Under the pieces are notes generated by a model. The model was not told the origin of the DNA. It saw only the letters and a program-made list of their open reading frames with translations, and ran no database searches. Shown here piece by piece: positions 1 to 11,464 of a stretch of DNA of 46,263 bases. A program made the position numbers and the translations under genes. Origin of the DNA: Octopus bimaculoides (lineage: Eukaryota); the NCBI RefSeq assembly GCF_001194135.2, contig NC_068991.1:71141595-71187857 (forward strand), read 5' to 3'. Every line of letters begins with the position of its first letter. Position 1 is the first letter of the stretch.

Positions 1-43
<43 letters not shown>

Positions 44-70
44 TTCACACACATACATACATATGTATAT
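1..70. repeat. (AT)n / (AC)n / (ATAC)n compound microsatellite
   Basis: Read directly from the sequence. Confidence 0.95.
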
Positions 71-1473
71 ATACACCTTTTTATATATTGTTTTTCTTTA
101 CTTGTTTCCTTCCTCACTATTTTAATTTCTTTTTCTTTTTAGTTTTTCCGCGTATTTTCACACATACATACATACATGTACATACATACATACTGACATA
201 GATACACAGATGATCATGTATACATACATACACACTAATTTTATTATTATTATTATTATTATTACTATTATTATTAGTAGTAGTATTTCTTCAATGATCT
301 TGATAGCATGAACAATATTTTTTCTTTTCTTTTTTGTCATATATATATATATACATACATATATATNNNNNNNNNNNNNNNNNNNNNNNNNNNNNNNNNN
401 NNNNNNNNNNNNNNNNNNNNNNNNNNNNNNNNNNNNNNNNNNNNNNNNNNNNNNNNNNNNNNNNNNNNNNNNNNNNNNNNNNNNNNNNNNNNNNNNNNNN
501 NNNNNNNNNNNNNNNNNNNNNNNNNNNNNNNNNNNAATAATAATTATTGTTGTTGTTGTTGCTACCTTAGCTGAGAGATATAAAAATTGATCTACCACAT
601 CTTGTGATCATGGCGGCGGCAGCGACAGTGGACGGATATGGAAGATGATGACAATGGTGATGGTGGTGGTGGTGATAATCATCATCATCATCATCATCAT
701 CATCTCAGTCTTGGTAGAACTGCATGAAACAAGCAAACAAACAAGCAAATAAAAGAACAGTAAAAATAATAATAAAAAAATTAAAATTAAAAAAACCCCT
801 CCGATAAACAATAAGAAGCAAAACAGAAGAATAAGTATGGAATGATTCCGATAAATCTTTATATAAAAATGTTAAAAACAACAACAGCAGCAGCAACAAC
901 AACTGGCAGAAAACCATGAAAGAAAGCCGTCTAAGAAAACAAGGCGATGTCACTAATGCACGGTGCTATTTGTAACTTGAGAAATGGATAATTTCTTAGA
1001 TGGAAGGATTCACAACCAGCTTTCATACGTCTACTTACCGTTGCACATAGCTTATTTCTTTTGGAGTTGATGACTGCTGCTGCCGTTTCTCTTACTGCAT
1101 TTTGCTGTGGTGGTGGTTGTTGTTGCTGTTGGTAATAATGATGATGATGATGATAATAATAATAATAATGCATTAGGCAGGTATGCAATCATCAATAGTA
1201 TTCCTGTGAATAGCCTCAAACTACTAAACTATATTGGCTGTGGTGGTGGTGAAGAAGAAGAAGAAAGAAAAAAATTCCTGTTTCATAGCCTTCACCACAC
1301 CCACCCATTCCTGCCGCTATCCTAGCCCTTCCTCCTCCTCCTGCAACTCCCCCACCACTCTTAACCATCATCGTCATCTCACTTCCCAAGTTAATTACAA
1401 GAGTTATTTGTTGCACTGATTAAGTGTCTTTCTGAAAAGCTCTTCCATCCTCAATGTCTTTCATATGTATATA

Positions 1474-1514
<41 letters not shown>

Positions 1515-1921
1515 TTTCCTTCTTATGTGTAGTGTTGATGTTGTTGCTGTTATCAATGCTGGATGGATTTTGTAATTTCTATTGTAATATATATACAGTC
1601 TTTTGGTTTGGTTTTCTATTAGTGGGAATTCTACCCTCACCCACCTATACGTCCCCCCACCCCCACTGACTATTGTTTTATCATAGCCACAATGCATTGG
1701 AGAGGTGGGATTGGGGTGGGGGGGATACAAAGACCCCACCACCACCACAACAACAACAACACTAGCTATTGGGCCTAACACTGATCACCCTTGATTTTCA
1801 TCCTTTTTTTTATTTCGTCACCATCCCATCATTTTGACCCTGCTCCCGCCACCGCCATCTTGATATAACTGTTGCAGTTATGAAATAACAGAATAAGTTG
1901 AGCTTCTTCTATCACTGGGTA

Positions 1922-1985
1922 GGGGATATCTCGACCTGCTGGAAATAGTAGCCAAACCGCTCTTAAATGAAACCATACACCCCTT
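1922..1985 (+). mobile_element. SINE-like family D fragment
   Basis: ctcgacctgctggaaatagtagccaaa matches the D motif gacctgctggaaatagcaac (16208) and caacctgttagaaataagcag (32891). Confidence 0.6.
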
Positions 1986-2437
1986 GGTTTATTTGGGTTT
2001 TTTTCTTCCTCCAATCTGAGCGAAACACAAATCATAAAGGAGATTATGTTGGATAGATAATGTGTAGGAGGATGTGTGTTTTGGGGGTGGAGGAATTAGG
2101 TAAATGGCCTCATTTGGAACTGTCTGCAACTGTAGGTCTGTTGCTCCATCGTGACTGACCCGGGAATAAGCAACAACTGCTACCAAAGCTAGAATAGAAT
2201 TTAGTTAATTAGAACAATGAAAGTCTTTTAGCTGGTTAATTAAATGTTCCCTTTGGTGTAATATAGCAAGAATCATGACCATCTTCAGCATTCCATTGTG
2301 TTTATAGTTAAATGCTTTTGTATAGAATGCATAGAATATACACAGATGAGCCAATTATGTTTGACACAAACGAGGCCTCGCTTCAGATGTTTCAATAATA
2401 TAGGAATGCAGTTAGCTACTTTCATATAACTTATGAC

Positions 2438-2613
2438 AAGCGTGGCTGTGTGGTAGGAGGCTTGCTTCCCAACTACATGGTTCTGGGTTCAGTCCCGCTG
2501 TGTGGCACCTTGGGCAAGTCTCATCTACTGCAGCCTCGAGCCGACCAAAGCCTTGTAAGTGAATTTATGAGGTAGAAAGTACAAGAAGCCTGTCATTGTG
2601 TGAGTGTGTGTGA

Positions 2614-2677
<64 letters not shown>

Positions 2678-2780
2678 ATATGTGTGTTATCTATGTCCTG
2701 GAATGTCTATGTTTGCCTCTGTCCTGGTATTTTGTTTGTTTTTGATATCTACACCAGCATGGCTTTGTAGTTGAAAAAAA
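2438..2780 (+). mobile_element. tRNA-derived SINE family A with expanded central (TG)n
   Basis: Head tggctgtgtggtaggaggcttgcttcccaac, B-box-like gggttcagtccc, and body ccttgggcaagt...gccgaccaaagccttgt are shared with the copies at 20727, 33454, 39065 and 45101. (TG)n runs 2597-2676. The 3' part is degenerate. Confidence 0.9.
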
Positions 2781-2794
2781 AGTACACTTCACAA

Positions 2795-2870
2795 GCTTTG
2801 ATTCCAGGTTCAGTCCCACTGCACAGTACTTTAGAGCAAGTACCTTACAGTACAGCATGGGTTAGCCATT
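2795..2870 (+). mobile_element. SINE family A head fragment
   Basis: ttccaggttcagtcccactgcacagtactttagagcaagt aligns to the family A head. Confidence 0.7.
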
Positions 2871-3232
2871 TCCTTGGGAGTGGAATATATTTGACAGGGG
2901 CACTACATAATCTTTTAACTAGCTAACAGGCCTGAACTATAAATCCTTAAGTCCTCAAGGAGTGTACTCTATTAAATATATAAAGTACACATGTCTAAAG
3001 TTGTAGCATGTTAGACTATTAATAGACAGTTATGTCCTTACTGTGTGTACTCTATTTTCTAACAAGCTGTAATCATTGACAGCTTACTTAAATGGTAAAC
3101 TTAGGTACAGTTGTTACAAATATATTAGCCACTGGTCACTCTGTGGATGTGATTAGTGTTGGAGGACAGTGGGGTTACAGACAATTACAGCTTCACTTGA
3201 AAAGGGTTGTTGGACCTTGCTGAACCCTTCAT

Positions 3233-3590
3233 GTTGTTGTTGGCACTCCGTCGCTTACGACGTCGAGGGTTCCAGTTGATCCGATCAATGGAACAGCCTG
3301 CTCTTGAAATTAACGTGTACCCTTAACGTAGTTCTCGGAGATTTTCAGCGTGACACAGTGTGACAAGGCTGACCCTTTGAATTACAGGCACAACAGAAAC
3401 AGGAAGTAAGAGTGAGAGAAAGTTGTGGTGAAAGAGTACAGCAGGGTTTGCCACCATCTCCTGCCAGAGCCTCATGGAGCTTTAGGTGTTTTTGCTCAAT
3501 AAACACTCACAACGCCTGGTCTGGGAATCGAAACCGCGATCCTATGACCGCGAGTCCGCTACCCTAGCCACTGGGCCATTGTGCCTCCAC
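3233..3590 (-). mobile_element. Full-length tRNA-derived SINE family B with 11-bp target-site duplication
   Basis: Minus strand starts GTGGAGGCACAATGGCCCAGTGG (A box), has GGTTTCGATTCC (B box) and ends in a (CAA)n tail. Exact direct repeat gaacccttcat at 3222-3232 and 3591-3601. About 93% identical to 10877-11261 by manual count. Confidence 0.95.
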
Positions 3591-4321
3591 GAACCCTTCA
3601 TAAGCATAATATAGAGACATCATCGTGTCATTAAAATATGTAATGTAACCAACACATCAATTTACTAGGTAACCTCATCGTGGTGCATATGATGAACATG
3701 TTAAATATTGACGTAATTTTAACAGCTGGGTTTCTACAGTGAGTCTTACAATCACTGTCGCTGTCTACTAATACCTCTCCTTCTCTCCCACCCTCTCTCT
3801 TCACCTGTTGCTGTCTTGATAATGTAATTACAATTACACTTATACAGTAATTAACTCATCAATCTGTTCTTTTCTCCACTGGTTTCGTTCTATTTAACAA
3901 AGCTGAACCTACCTTAAAAACTGGCGATCAGCACCTTTTTTTTTTTTTTTTTTTTTTCTCTTTCTTCCTTTCATTTCTGGTGACTGTTCGGTGGTTTCGA
4001 GTACAAGTAGGAGCAGGAGGTGGGGGGTGAAATGGCTTATATATTATTCCTGTTGCTAATGAGCAACAAAATGGTGCAAGCCCTTTTGTTTAGCAACAGT
4101 CAGCCTGTCTTAGATGATAGCTGGGTGTGATGTGAAGATTTTTTGATAGAAACACAAATAAAAACAAGAAAGAACAGGCTGAAAATTAATATTAAAGACC
4201 ATCTTTTTCCAATCTCCTTTCCCTAGTTGCCATTCCTGCATGCGTGTCTGTGTGTACTCGGTGCTCTTCAAGTACATAATTATATTCCAAATTATAGGTA
4301 CTTAACAGTGAATTTCCATTG

Positions 4322-4543
4322 GATGATGATGTTGATAATTTCTAATACAGCCCCTGGCTTGAAATTTGGGGGAAGGAGTCTAGTCGATTACATTTACCCC
4401 AGTGTTTCACTGGTACTTAATTTATCATCTCTGAAAGGATGAAAGGCAAAGTTGACATTGGCGGAATTTGAACCCAGAATGTGTTTAAGACAGATGGAAT
4501 GCATTTTGTCCACCATGCTAACGATTCTGCCAGCTTGGCACCT

Positions 4544-4544
<1 letters not shown>
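4322..4544 (-). mobile_element. SINE family C
   Basis: Minus strand reads aaggtgccaagctggcagaatcgttagc, then B box gggttcaaattccgcc, then tttgcctttcatcctttc...aagtaccag, then an (ATT/ATC)n tail. Homologous to 34425-34638. Confidence 0.9.

Positions 4545-4597
<53 letters not shown>
4545..4597. repeat. (GAT)n microsatellite running into an assembly gap
   Basis: Read directly from the sequence. Confidence 0.95.
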
Positions 4598-6621
4598 NNN
4601 NNNNNNNNNNNNNNNNNNNNNNNNNNNNNNNNNNNNNNNNNNNNNNNNNNNNNNNNNNNNNNNNNNNNNNNNNNNNNNNNNNNNNNNNNNNNNNNNNNNN
4701 NNNNNNNNNNNNNNNNNNNNNNNNNNNNNNNNNNNNNNNNNNNNNNNNNNNNNNNNNNNNNNNNNNNNNNNNNNNNNNNNNNNNNNNNNNNNNNNNNNNN
4801 NNNNNNNNNNNNNNNNNNNNNNNNNNNNNNNNNNNNNNNNNNNNNNNNNNNNNNNNNNNNNNNNNNNNNNNNNNNNNNNNNNNNNNNNNNNNNNNNNNNN
4901 NNNNNNNNNNNNNNNNNNNNNNNNNNNNNNNNNNNNNNNNNNNNNNNNNNNNNNNNNNNNNNNNNNNNNNNNNNNNNNNNNNNNNNNNNNNNNNNNNNNN
5001 NNNNNNNNNNNNNNNNNNNNNNNNNNNNNNNNNNNNNNNNNNNNNNNNNNNNNNNNNNNNNNNNNNNNNNNNNNNNNNNNNNNNNNNNNNNNNNNNNNNN
5101 NNNNNNNNNNNNNNNNNNNNNNNNNNNNNNNNNNNNNNNNNNNNNNNNNNNNNNNNNNNNNNNNNNNNNNNNNNNNNNNNNNNNNNNNNNNNNNNNNNNN
5201 NNNNNNNNNNNNNNNNNNNNNNNNNNNNNNNNNNNNNNNNNNNNNNNNNNNNNNNNNNNNNNNNNNNNNNNNNNNNNNNNNNNNNNNNNNNNNNNNNNNN
5301 NNNNNNNNNNNNNNNNNNNNNNNNNNNNNNNNNNNNNNNNNNNNNNNNNNNNNNNNNNNNNNNNNNNNNNNNNNNNNNNNNNNNNNNNNNNNNNNNNNNN
5401 NNNNNNNNNNNNNNNNNNNNNNNNNNNNNNNNNNCTTATCAAGATTCCACTTTACCAAAATAAAGATACTTGTAGAATGAGTCTTTTATGTTCCTCTTAC
5501 ATCAAAACAAAAAAAAAAATATTACCCAGAAACTTTAGAAATAGCCAAAAAAAAAATCCTTTTGCATCAAGATTCCTTTTGATTTAAACAGCATAATTCT
5601 TTGTAAAATTAAGGTGAGGATTCTCTGGGCAGTATGAGGAACCATGAAGTCTTATACTCCTCCGTTAAATTCCAATTTTTGGTTGAACCCCCCCAAAAAT
5701 GGTAAACTAATGTTTAAATTATGCAGATAAGCAGATTGCTTCTTTCTCCTTTTTTTTCTTCTCCTTCCTTTGTATGTGTATATTTTTGTAGACCACTATG
5801 GTGTCTTTTGTGTAGAATGTTGCATGTTTACCATTTCTCTTAAAAATTCAATGCCTTGCAATCCATCTACCTACCTTCCTTTTAACTTTACAAATATTTC
5901 ACCATTCCACTTTGGTTTTACTGTCTCTAGGGTATTTCTCTTCTGTTTTGATCTGGAAGTCTGCAAACTAATACCTTTTTGCTGGCGCTTCACATTTTAC
6001 TGTTTCTACACGGCATTTTTGGTTTTATATGTATATATGTATATTTTTTTGTTTTGGTTTTGGTTTTTCCATTCTACACATGGATGATTTAGTTTCTGTG
6101 GAACTTTCAAAAAATATATGCCATTGATTCAAGTTAATGTTGACAAAAACTGCCATGTAATGTTGTTAGAAAAGAAAATAACAACAAAAAAAACTGTCCT
6201 ATCTACTTCTTTGGCATAGAAAACTACATGTTGGTATTGTTGGTGGCAACAGCGAGGGTGATGGGGATAACTTTAGGATGGATGTGTGTGTGTGTGCGTG
6301 TGTATATATATATATATATATATACACATATATAGACAAACAGATAGGCCTATTGCTTGCAAATGTCTGAACATCCCTTAAATGATTCTCCTGAGTATCA
6401 ACCAAATTCCTTGAACTCTTTTTCACACTTTGAATCCCTAGAGTTATATTCATGTGTGTATGTATGTATGTATGTATGTATGTGTGTGTATATATATATA
6501 TATATCTATAACTATAGTATAGCTGAGTTTATGAGTGTGTGTGTGTGTTGCATCTATAGAAATCCACACCTTACAAGATAGCAATCTGGTATATATATAT
6601 ATATATATATATATATCATCC

Positions 6622-6805
6622 TCATCATCATCGTTTAACGTCCGCTTTCCATGCTAGCATGGGTTGGACGATTTGACTGAGGACTGGTGAACCAGATGGC
6701 TACAAATCAGATTGGAGCCTGGTGTAGCCATCTGGTTCACCAGTCCTCAGTCAAAACGTTCAACCCATGCTAGCATGGAAAGCAGACGTTAAACGATGAT
6801 GATGA
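6622..6805. repeat. Foldback palindrome: two head-to-head copies of a LINE (RTE-type) 3' tail
   Basis: Arms 6622-6704 and 6723-6805 are each 83 bp, reverse-complementary at 80/83 positions with no indels, around an 18-nt spacer. Both arms end outward in (GAT)n. Homologous to 41331-41412, 42755-42890 and 20545-20662. Confidence 0.95.
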
Positions 6806-8910
6806 TATATATATACATACATACATTTAGGTTATGGTTTTGTGGATGTCTAAACAGATGAACATTTTTTTTTTTTTTTCCTCTCCATCTTTAATTGGTT
6901 AAGCAGGAGAAGTAGTGGCCATAATGCTTAATGCCCATTTAGACTGAGGGATTAGAACTTGGTTAGAATGGTCAGTCAGTGAAATCGTTTAGCATCTGGA
7001 GGTTAAAGCAATGTAAAAATGATAGGAGGGTAGATGGGTACATTAGCTATGATTTAGTTAGGGCAAGTTATTAAGTCTGCCGCCATTAGTAAAATACCTT
7101 TTGTGGCAGCAACGAGAACATTTGTTGCTGTTATGAATCTTGAGTTAATTCTCCAATTTGAATTCGTATTACTTTTTCTTACCTATTGTTAATAATCTTT
7201 AAGTAGATTGAATTGGTATTTAAATAATTCTGTTTAAAGTAATGGTTGAAGCCATCATGATCATTCTATCATCATCATCATTATCTTCTTGTCTCACCAT
7301 TCCAGAATCTGATTATGGTGCTAATTGACTTACCTTCAGTTCTTTGTATCTCACACACCCATTCATTCTTTTGTCAATCAACGTTTTAACTCTCTTCGTT
7401 CAGAACCTAACTGGTTCTAATCTATCTGTGTGAAGTCAGAAGAGGTTCATTGTTGTGCTGCTCTGCTGTGATTACGCTTTTCTTTTGTCACAAACCGTTT
7501 CTTGGTCGAAGACTTTAATGATTGCAATTTAGCTTTGAAAGTCACACCTGATACGTGGCTTACCTTTTTCTTTTTCTTTTTCCTTTCTTTTATTTATATT
7601 TAATTTCGTTCCTTTTTTTTTTTCTTTTTTTTTTTTTTTAACAAGATTGATGTTTATATAAAACAATTCTGAACTGATTACTTCACGATGTTAATAACAT
7701 GCTGTGATACATGACAATACATTTAATTAGAACAATGACAATATGTGGCAAAGTTCATAGCTGTAATTAACATCATTGTAAAATCTTGTGTTCCTTTCTC
7801 TATGTTTTGATATTCATATGAAGGAACAGAAGATGCTGCATTGCCAGGGTCCATCTCTGCTACAAGATCCATTTCTTACTTAAGAACAGCTATCTGCTCC
7901 TTTTGATTATTTTTTTTTTTTTGTATGACAATGATTTTGATGTTGCATTACGGGGAAAGTACATTCGTTTCCTATTCTTCGTCTCATTTAATTAGCAACA
8001 AAATGTTGACTTCATTTGCATCATTTTTTTTTTTACGTTCACTTTCCATGCTTTCCTGGGTTAGACGAGTCAGTTCCTATTTGGTCTTAGTCGGTTCTTA
8101 TTTTCAGAGTTACTGCCATCTAAATAGTCTGCAATACCATTTTTAGTGTGATTTCTACGGTTGGATTCCCTTATTACTGCCAACCCCTTAACACTGTGTC
8201 TTCATGTATTTTATTGTGGCATCACCGCTCGAAAGACTACCATATCTTGCAAACAGACTAAAGGATTATTATTATTACTATTATTATTATTATTCAGTAG
8301 TTTTATTTTTATCCTGTGCTTTCACTTCACTACCGAGCGCAGCTCTGTGTGCCTTGGGTATGTGCTGTGGTTTGATGTGATGCTCTTATGGTTACTATAT
8401 TGAAAGTGTTTTGCGTAGGATGTGTGCAGTGCCCAGTAGTGCAATTTTCTGCATGTTATATATACTTGTTTGTCCTGGTGTTTTTGTTATGTATTTGTCT
8501 GAATATTTTTTATCATACCTATGGTGGGAATTGTTTTTGTTTCTAGACACCCCATTCAATCTATCTCTGTTTCCAGGTCTTTGTATTTTGAAAGTTTTTC
8601 CATTTCTTTTAGAGAAATGTTGCCATCTGTTGGTATTGATACATCAATTAGAATATTATTATTATTATTATTATTATTAGCACAATTAAGCAACACATCA
8701 AGCTGCCAGCNNNNNNNNNNNNNNNNNNNNNNNNNNNNNNNNNNNNNNNNNNNNNNNNNNNNNNNNNNNNNNNNNNNNNNNNNNNNNNNNNNNNNNNNNN
8801 NNNNNNNNNNNNNNNNNNNNNNNNNNNNNNNNNNNNNNNNNNNNNNNNNNNNNNNNNNNNNCTGTTACTAATTAATTTATTCACCTAGATTTCATCCTTG
8901 CCTCTGTGCG

Positions 8911-8932
8911 TGTCTCTCTCTATCTCTCTCTT

Positions 8933-8979
<47 letters not shown>

Positions 8980-9026
8980 GTATATATACTTATATATAGA
9001 GAGAGATAGAGACAGAGGTATGTATG

Positions 9027-9065
<39 letters not shown>
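8911..9065. repeat. Compound (CT)n / (AT)n / (AG)n microsatellite
   Basis: Read directly from the sequence. Confidence 0.9.
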
Positions 9066-9070
<5 letters not shown>

Positions 9071-10289
9071 CACAAACATTCATACATACACATATGCACA
9101 TTTGTTTGTGAAAACATGCATTTGTGTTGATATTTCGCTTGGTACATTTGGCCAAGTTAGTGTTCATGTTGACATTAAGGCCAGTTGCTGTGCTTTCAAT
9201 GACTTTTAGGATATAAAACCCTTTACCTGAAAAGCAGGTGAACATTGGCTGCAAGTAGAGCATCGGACCATGAAATCCTGCCTTCAAAATAACTCCCCAT
9301 CTAACCCATGCTATCATAGAAAAATAGACATTAAACAAGCAAAAGAATATTCATACATATATATATATATATATATGGATGTATGTATGTTTTTGCTATA
9401 TTATATTCTGTTTATTCCATGCTAACATGGCTGAGATAGGTTTTACAAATTCGTACAGCAACTGCATTTTCGCAGTAATTGTTTTTGCAGCTGGATATGA
9501 AGTTCCCTGTGATGTAAGAATAGAATCTAAGGCAAACAGAATTTGTGTATGTCTGGCAGAGCGGTGGATGGTGGCGGGAAGGGGGAGAGAGGGGGGAGTG
9601 TTTTAGAACACCTAGAATGGCTGTAGTGAGCGTTTCGGTTCCGTTTGGTTATTATCTGTAAACAAAATAACCTTTTCAACTGTAACTAAAACAAACAGGA
9701 CTTGATATTTCAATGTTTCCTGCTCTTAGGGAATTGAGTGTGTGCCAACATGGAAGAACAGATAGATAACACTGAAAGAATTCCAGTGTTCCTACAGAGA
9801 AAAATTGCAGTTTAGGCATGATGACATGGCATTCTCTTTCTCTGTCAGAAGAACATTTATAAGCAGGAGACCTCCAAGAATATAGAGAACAATGAAATTA
9901 ATAGAATGGTCAAATATTTTTTTTTATCCTTTTCAAATTACAAATTGTCATTAACCAAACTTTTGGAATTTGTTCCAAAATTCATTTCATCAATAACAAT
10001 AAATGGCTTGCTTTCACCATTTTCATTCATTCTTAGTTTTATTCATAATTCAGGTCTTTGAATTTTTTGTTAGTTTTCATTATAACTCGAGTTTTAATTC
10101 TCACCTGGAGCTGTTTTGCTCAAACCTTTATACCTGTGTTTCTCACCTGTTTTTTTTTTTTTTTTACCTGTGGACCCCTATCATTCCTGTTTTACTTGGC
10201 TGTACCTTCTCTGCCATTTGATGGTTAAAAAAATCATATTTCTATAATTAAATATTATTTGGGAATTGTATAAAAAAATGAAAATATTT

Positions 10290-10420
10290 TGTGTAATTTA
10301 GAAGTACAACCAGTTTATTACAGACCAGCAAAGTCTTATTACTAAATTCTTTTGTTCTTTTCAAAATTAATTGAAATAAAAGCCATATAGTCCAACAGAA
10401 ATATGGTAAGAAATGGGTGA
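10290..10420 (+). mobile_element. piggyBac-like MITE family 1, right-end fragment
   Basis: caaagtcttattactaaattct...aattgaaa...caacagaaatatggtaagaaatggg aligns with 45720-45819 and with the reverse complement of 32075-32170. Confidence 0.7.
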
Positions 10421-10876
10421 AAGAATTATTCAACACACACACACACACACATCATATCACAATGTAAGTTCTTCAAGTCTTAATTATATTTAAAGAACAT
10501 CTAATGTTTTTGCAAGATTCTTAGGATATTCTTCCTGTGTGGTTACATCTGTAAGTAAAAGATGGCTATAATTACAGAAATTGCCACTTGCCTTCCAGCA
10601 CCCAGTGGCAAAGAAACCCATACTTCTGCCATATCAAGTATCGGCATCGCTTAATTTTCTATGTGCCAACAGAAGAGAATAATTCTATTATTACCTTAGT
10701 TCTTGCTTCATAAAAATACCAATGGATTCATTTCAGTCTCTTGTCCTTCTACAAGACTTTGTCAAATTGGATATCTCTCTCTCTCTCTCCCACGCACACA
10801 AATTTCTGGAACCTGATTGGTTACAACTACCAACAATCATAGGTCTGCTTAATTATGCCTGGTATGGTACCAGCCT

Positions 10877-11261
10877 GTGGAGGCGCAATGGCCCAGTGGT
10901 AAGGGCAGCGGACTCGCGGTCATAGGATCACGGTTTCGATTCCTAGACCAGGCGTTGTGAGTGTTTATTGAGCGAAAACACCTAAAGCTCTACGAGGCTC
11001 CGGCAGGGGATGGTGGCGAACCCTGCTGTACTCTTTCACCCCAACTTTCTCTCACTCTTTCTTCCTGTTTCTGTTGTGCCTGTATTTCAAAGGGTCAGCC
11101 TTGTCACACTGTGTCACGCTGAACGTCCCCGAGAATTATGTTAAGGGTACACGTGTCTGTGGGGTGCTCAGCCACTTGCACGTTAATTTCACGAGCAGGC
11201 TGTTCCGTTGATCAGATCAACTGGAACCCTCGACGTCGTAAGCGACGGAGTGCCAACTACT
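10877..11261 (+). mobile_element. Full-length tRNA-derived SINE family B with degenerate TSD
   Basis: A box TGGCCCAGTGG, B box GGTTTCGATTCC, tail caactactac. Flanks atggtaccagcct (10864-10876) and acggtactaacct (11262-11274) match at 10/13. Confidence 0.95.
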
Positions 11262-11464
11262 ACGGTACTAACCTGATNNNNNNNNNNCCCCCCCCCCCCA
11301 CTGTAGCCCTTCGGCAAAGCATACATATCAGGTTGCATACATCAGTGAAGCTTAAGTGTGTAATTAGTTGAACAGTATCACTTTATAAATGGTGTGGTTA
11401 GGGGCAGGAACAGTGTTCAGCCATAAACAATATGCTTGTCAACCAAGCATCTAGTGTGAGTCCG

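Noticed and set aside
1686-1700. GCCACAATGCATTGG, a weak ZNF143-like site
   Set aside because: It has mismatches in the CCC core and the terminal C, so it is too degenerate to call.
10877-10960. tRNA gene-like A and B boxes (also at 3510-3590 and in the A, C and F heads)
   Set aside because: They continue into multi-copy SINE bodies with tails and TSDs, and I could not form a complete cloverleaf.
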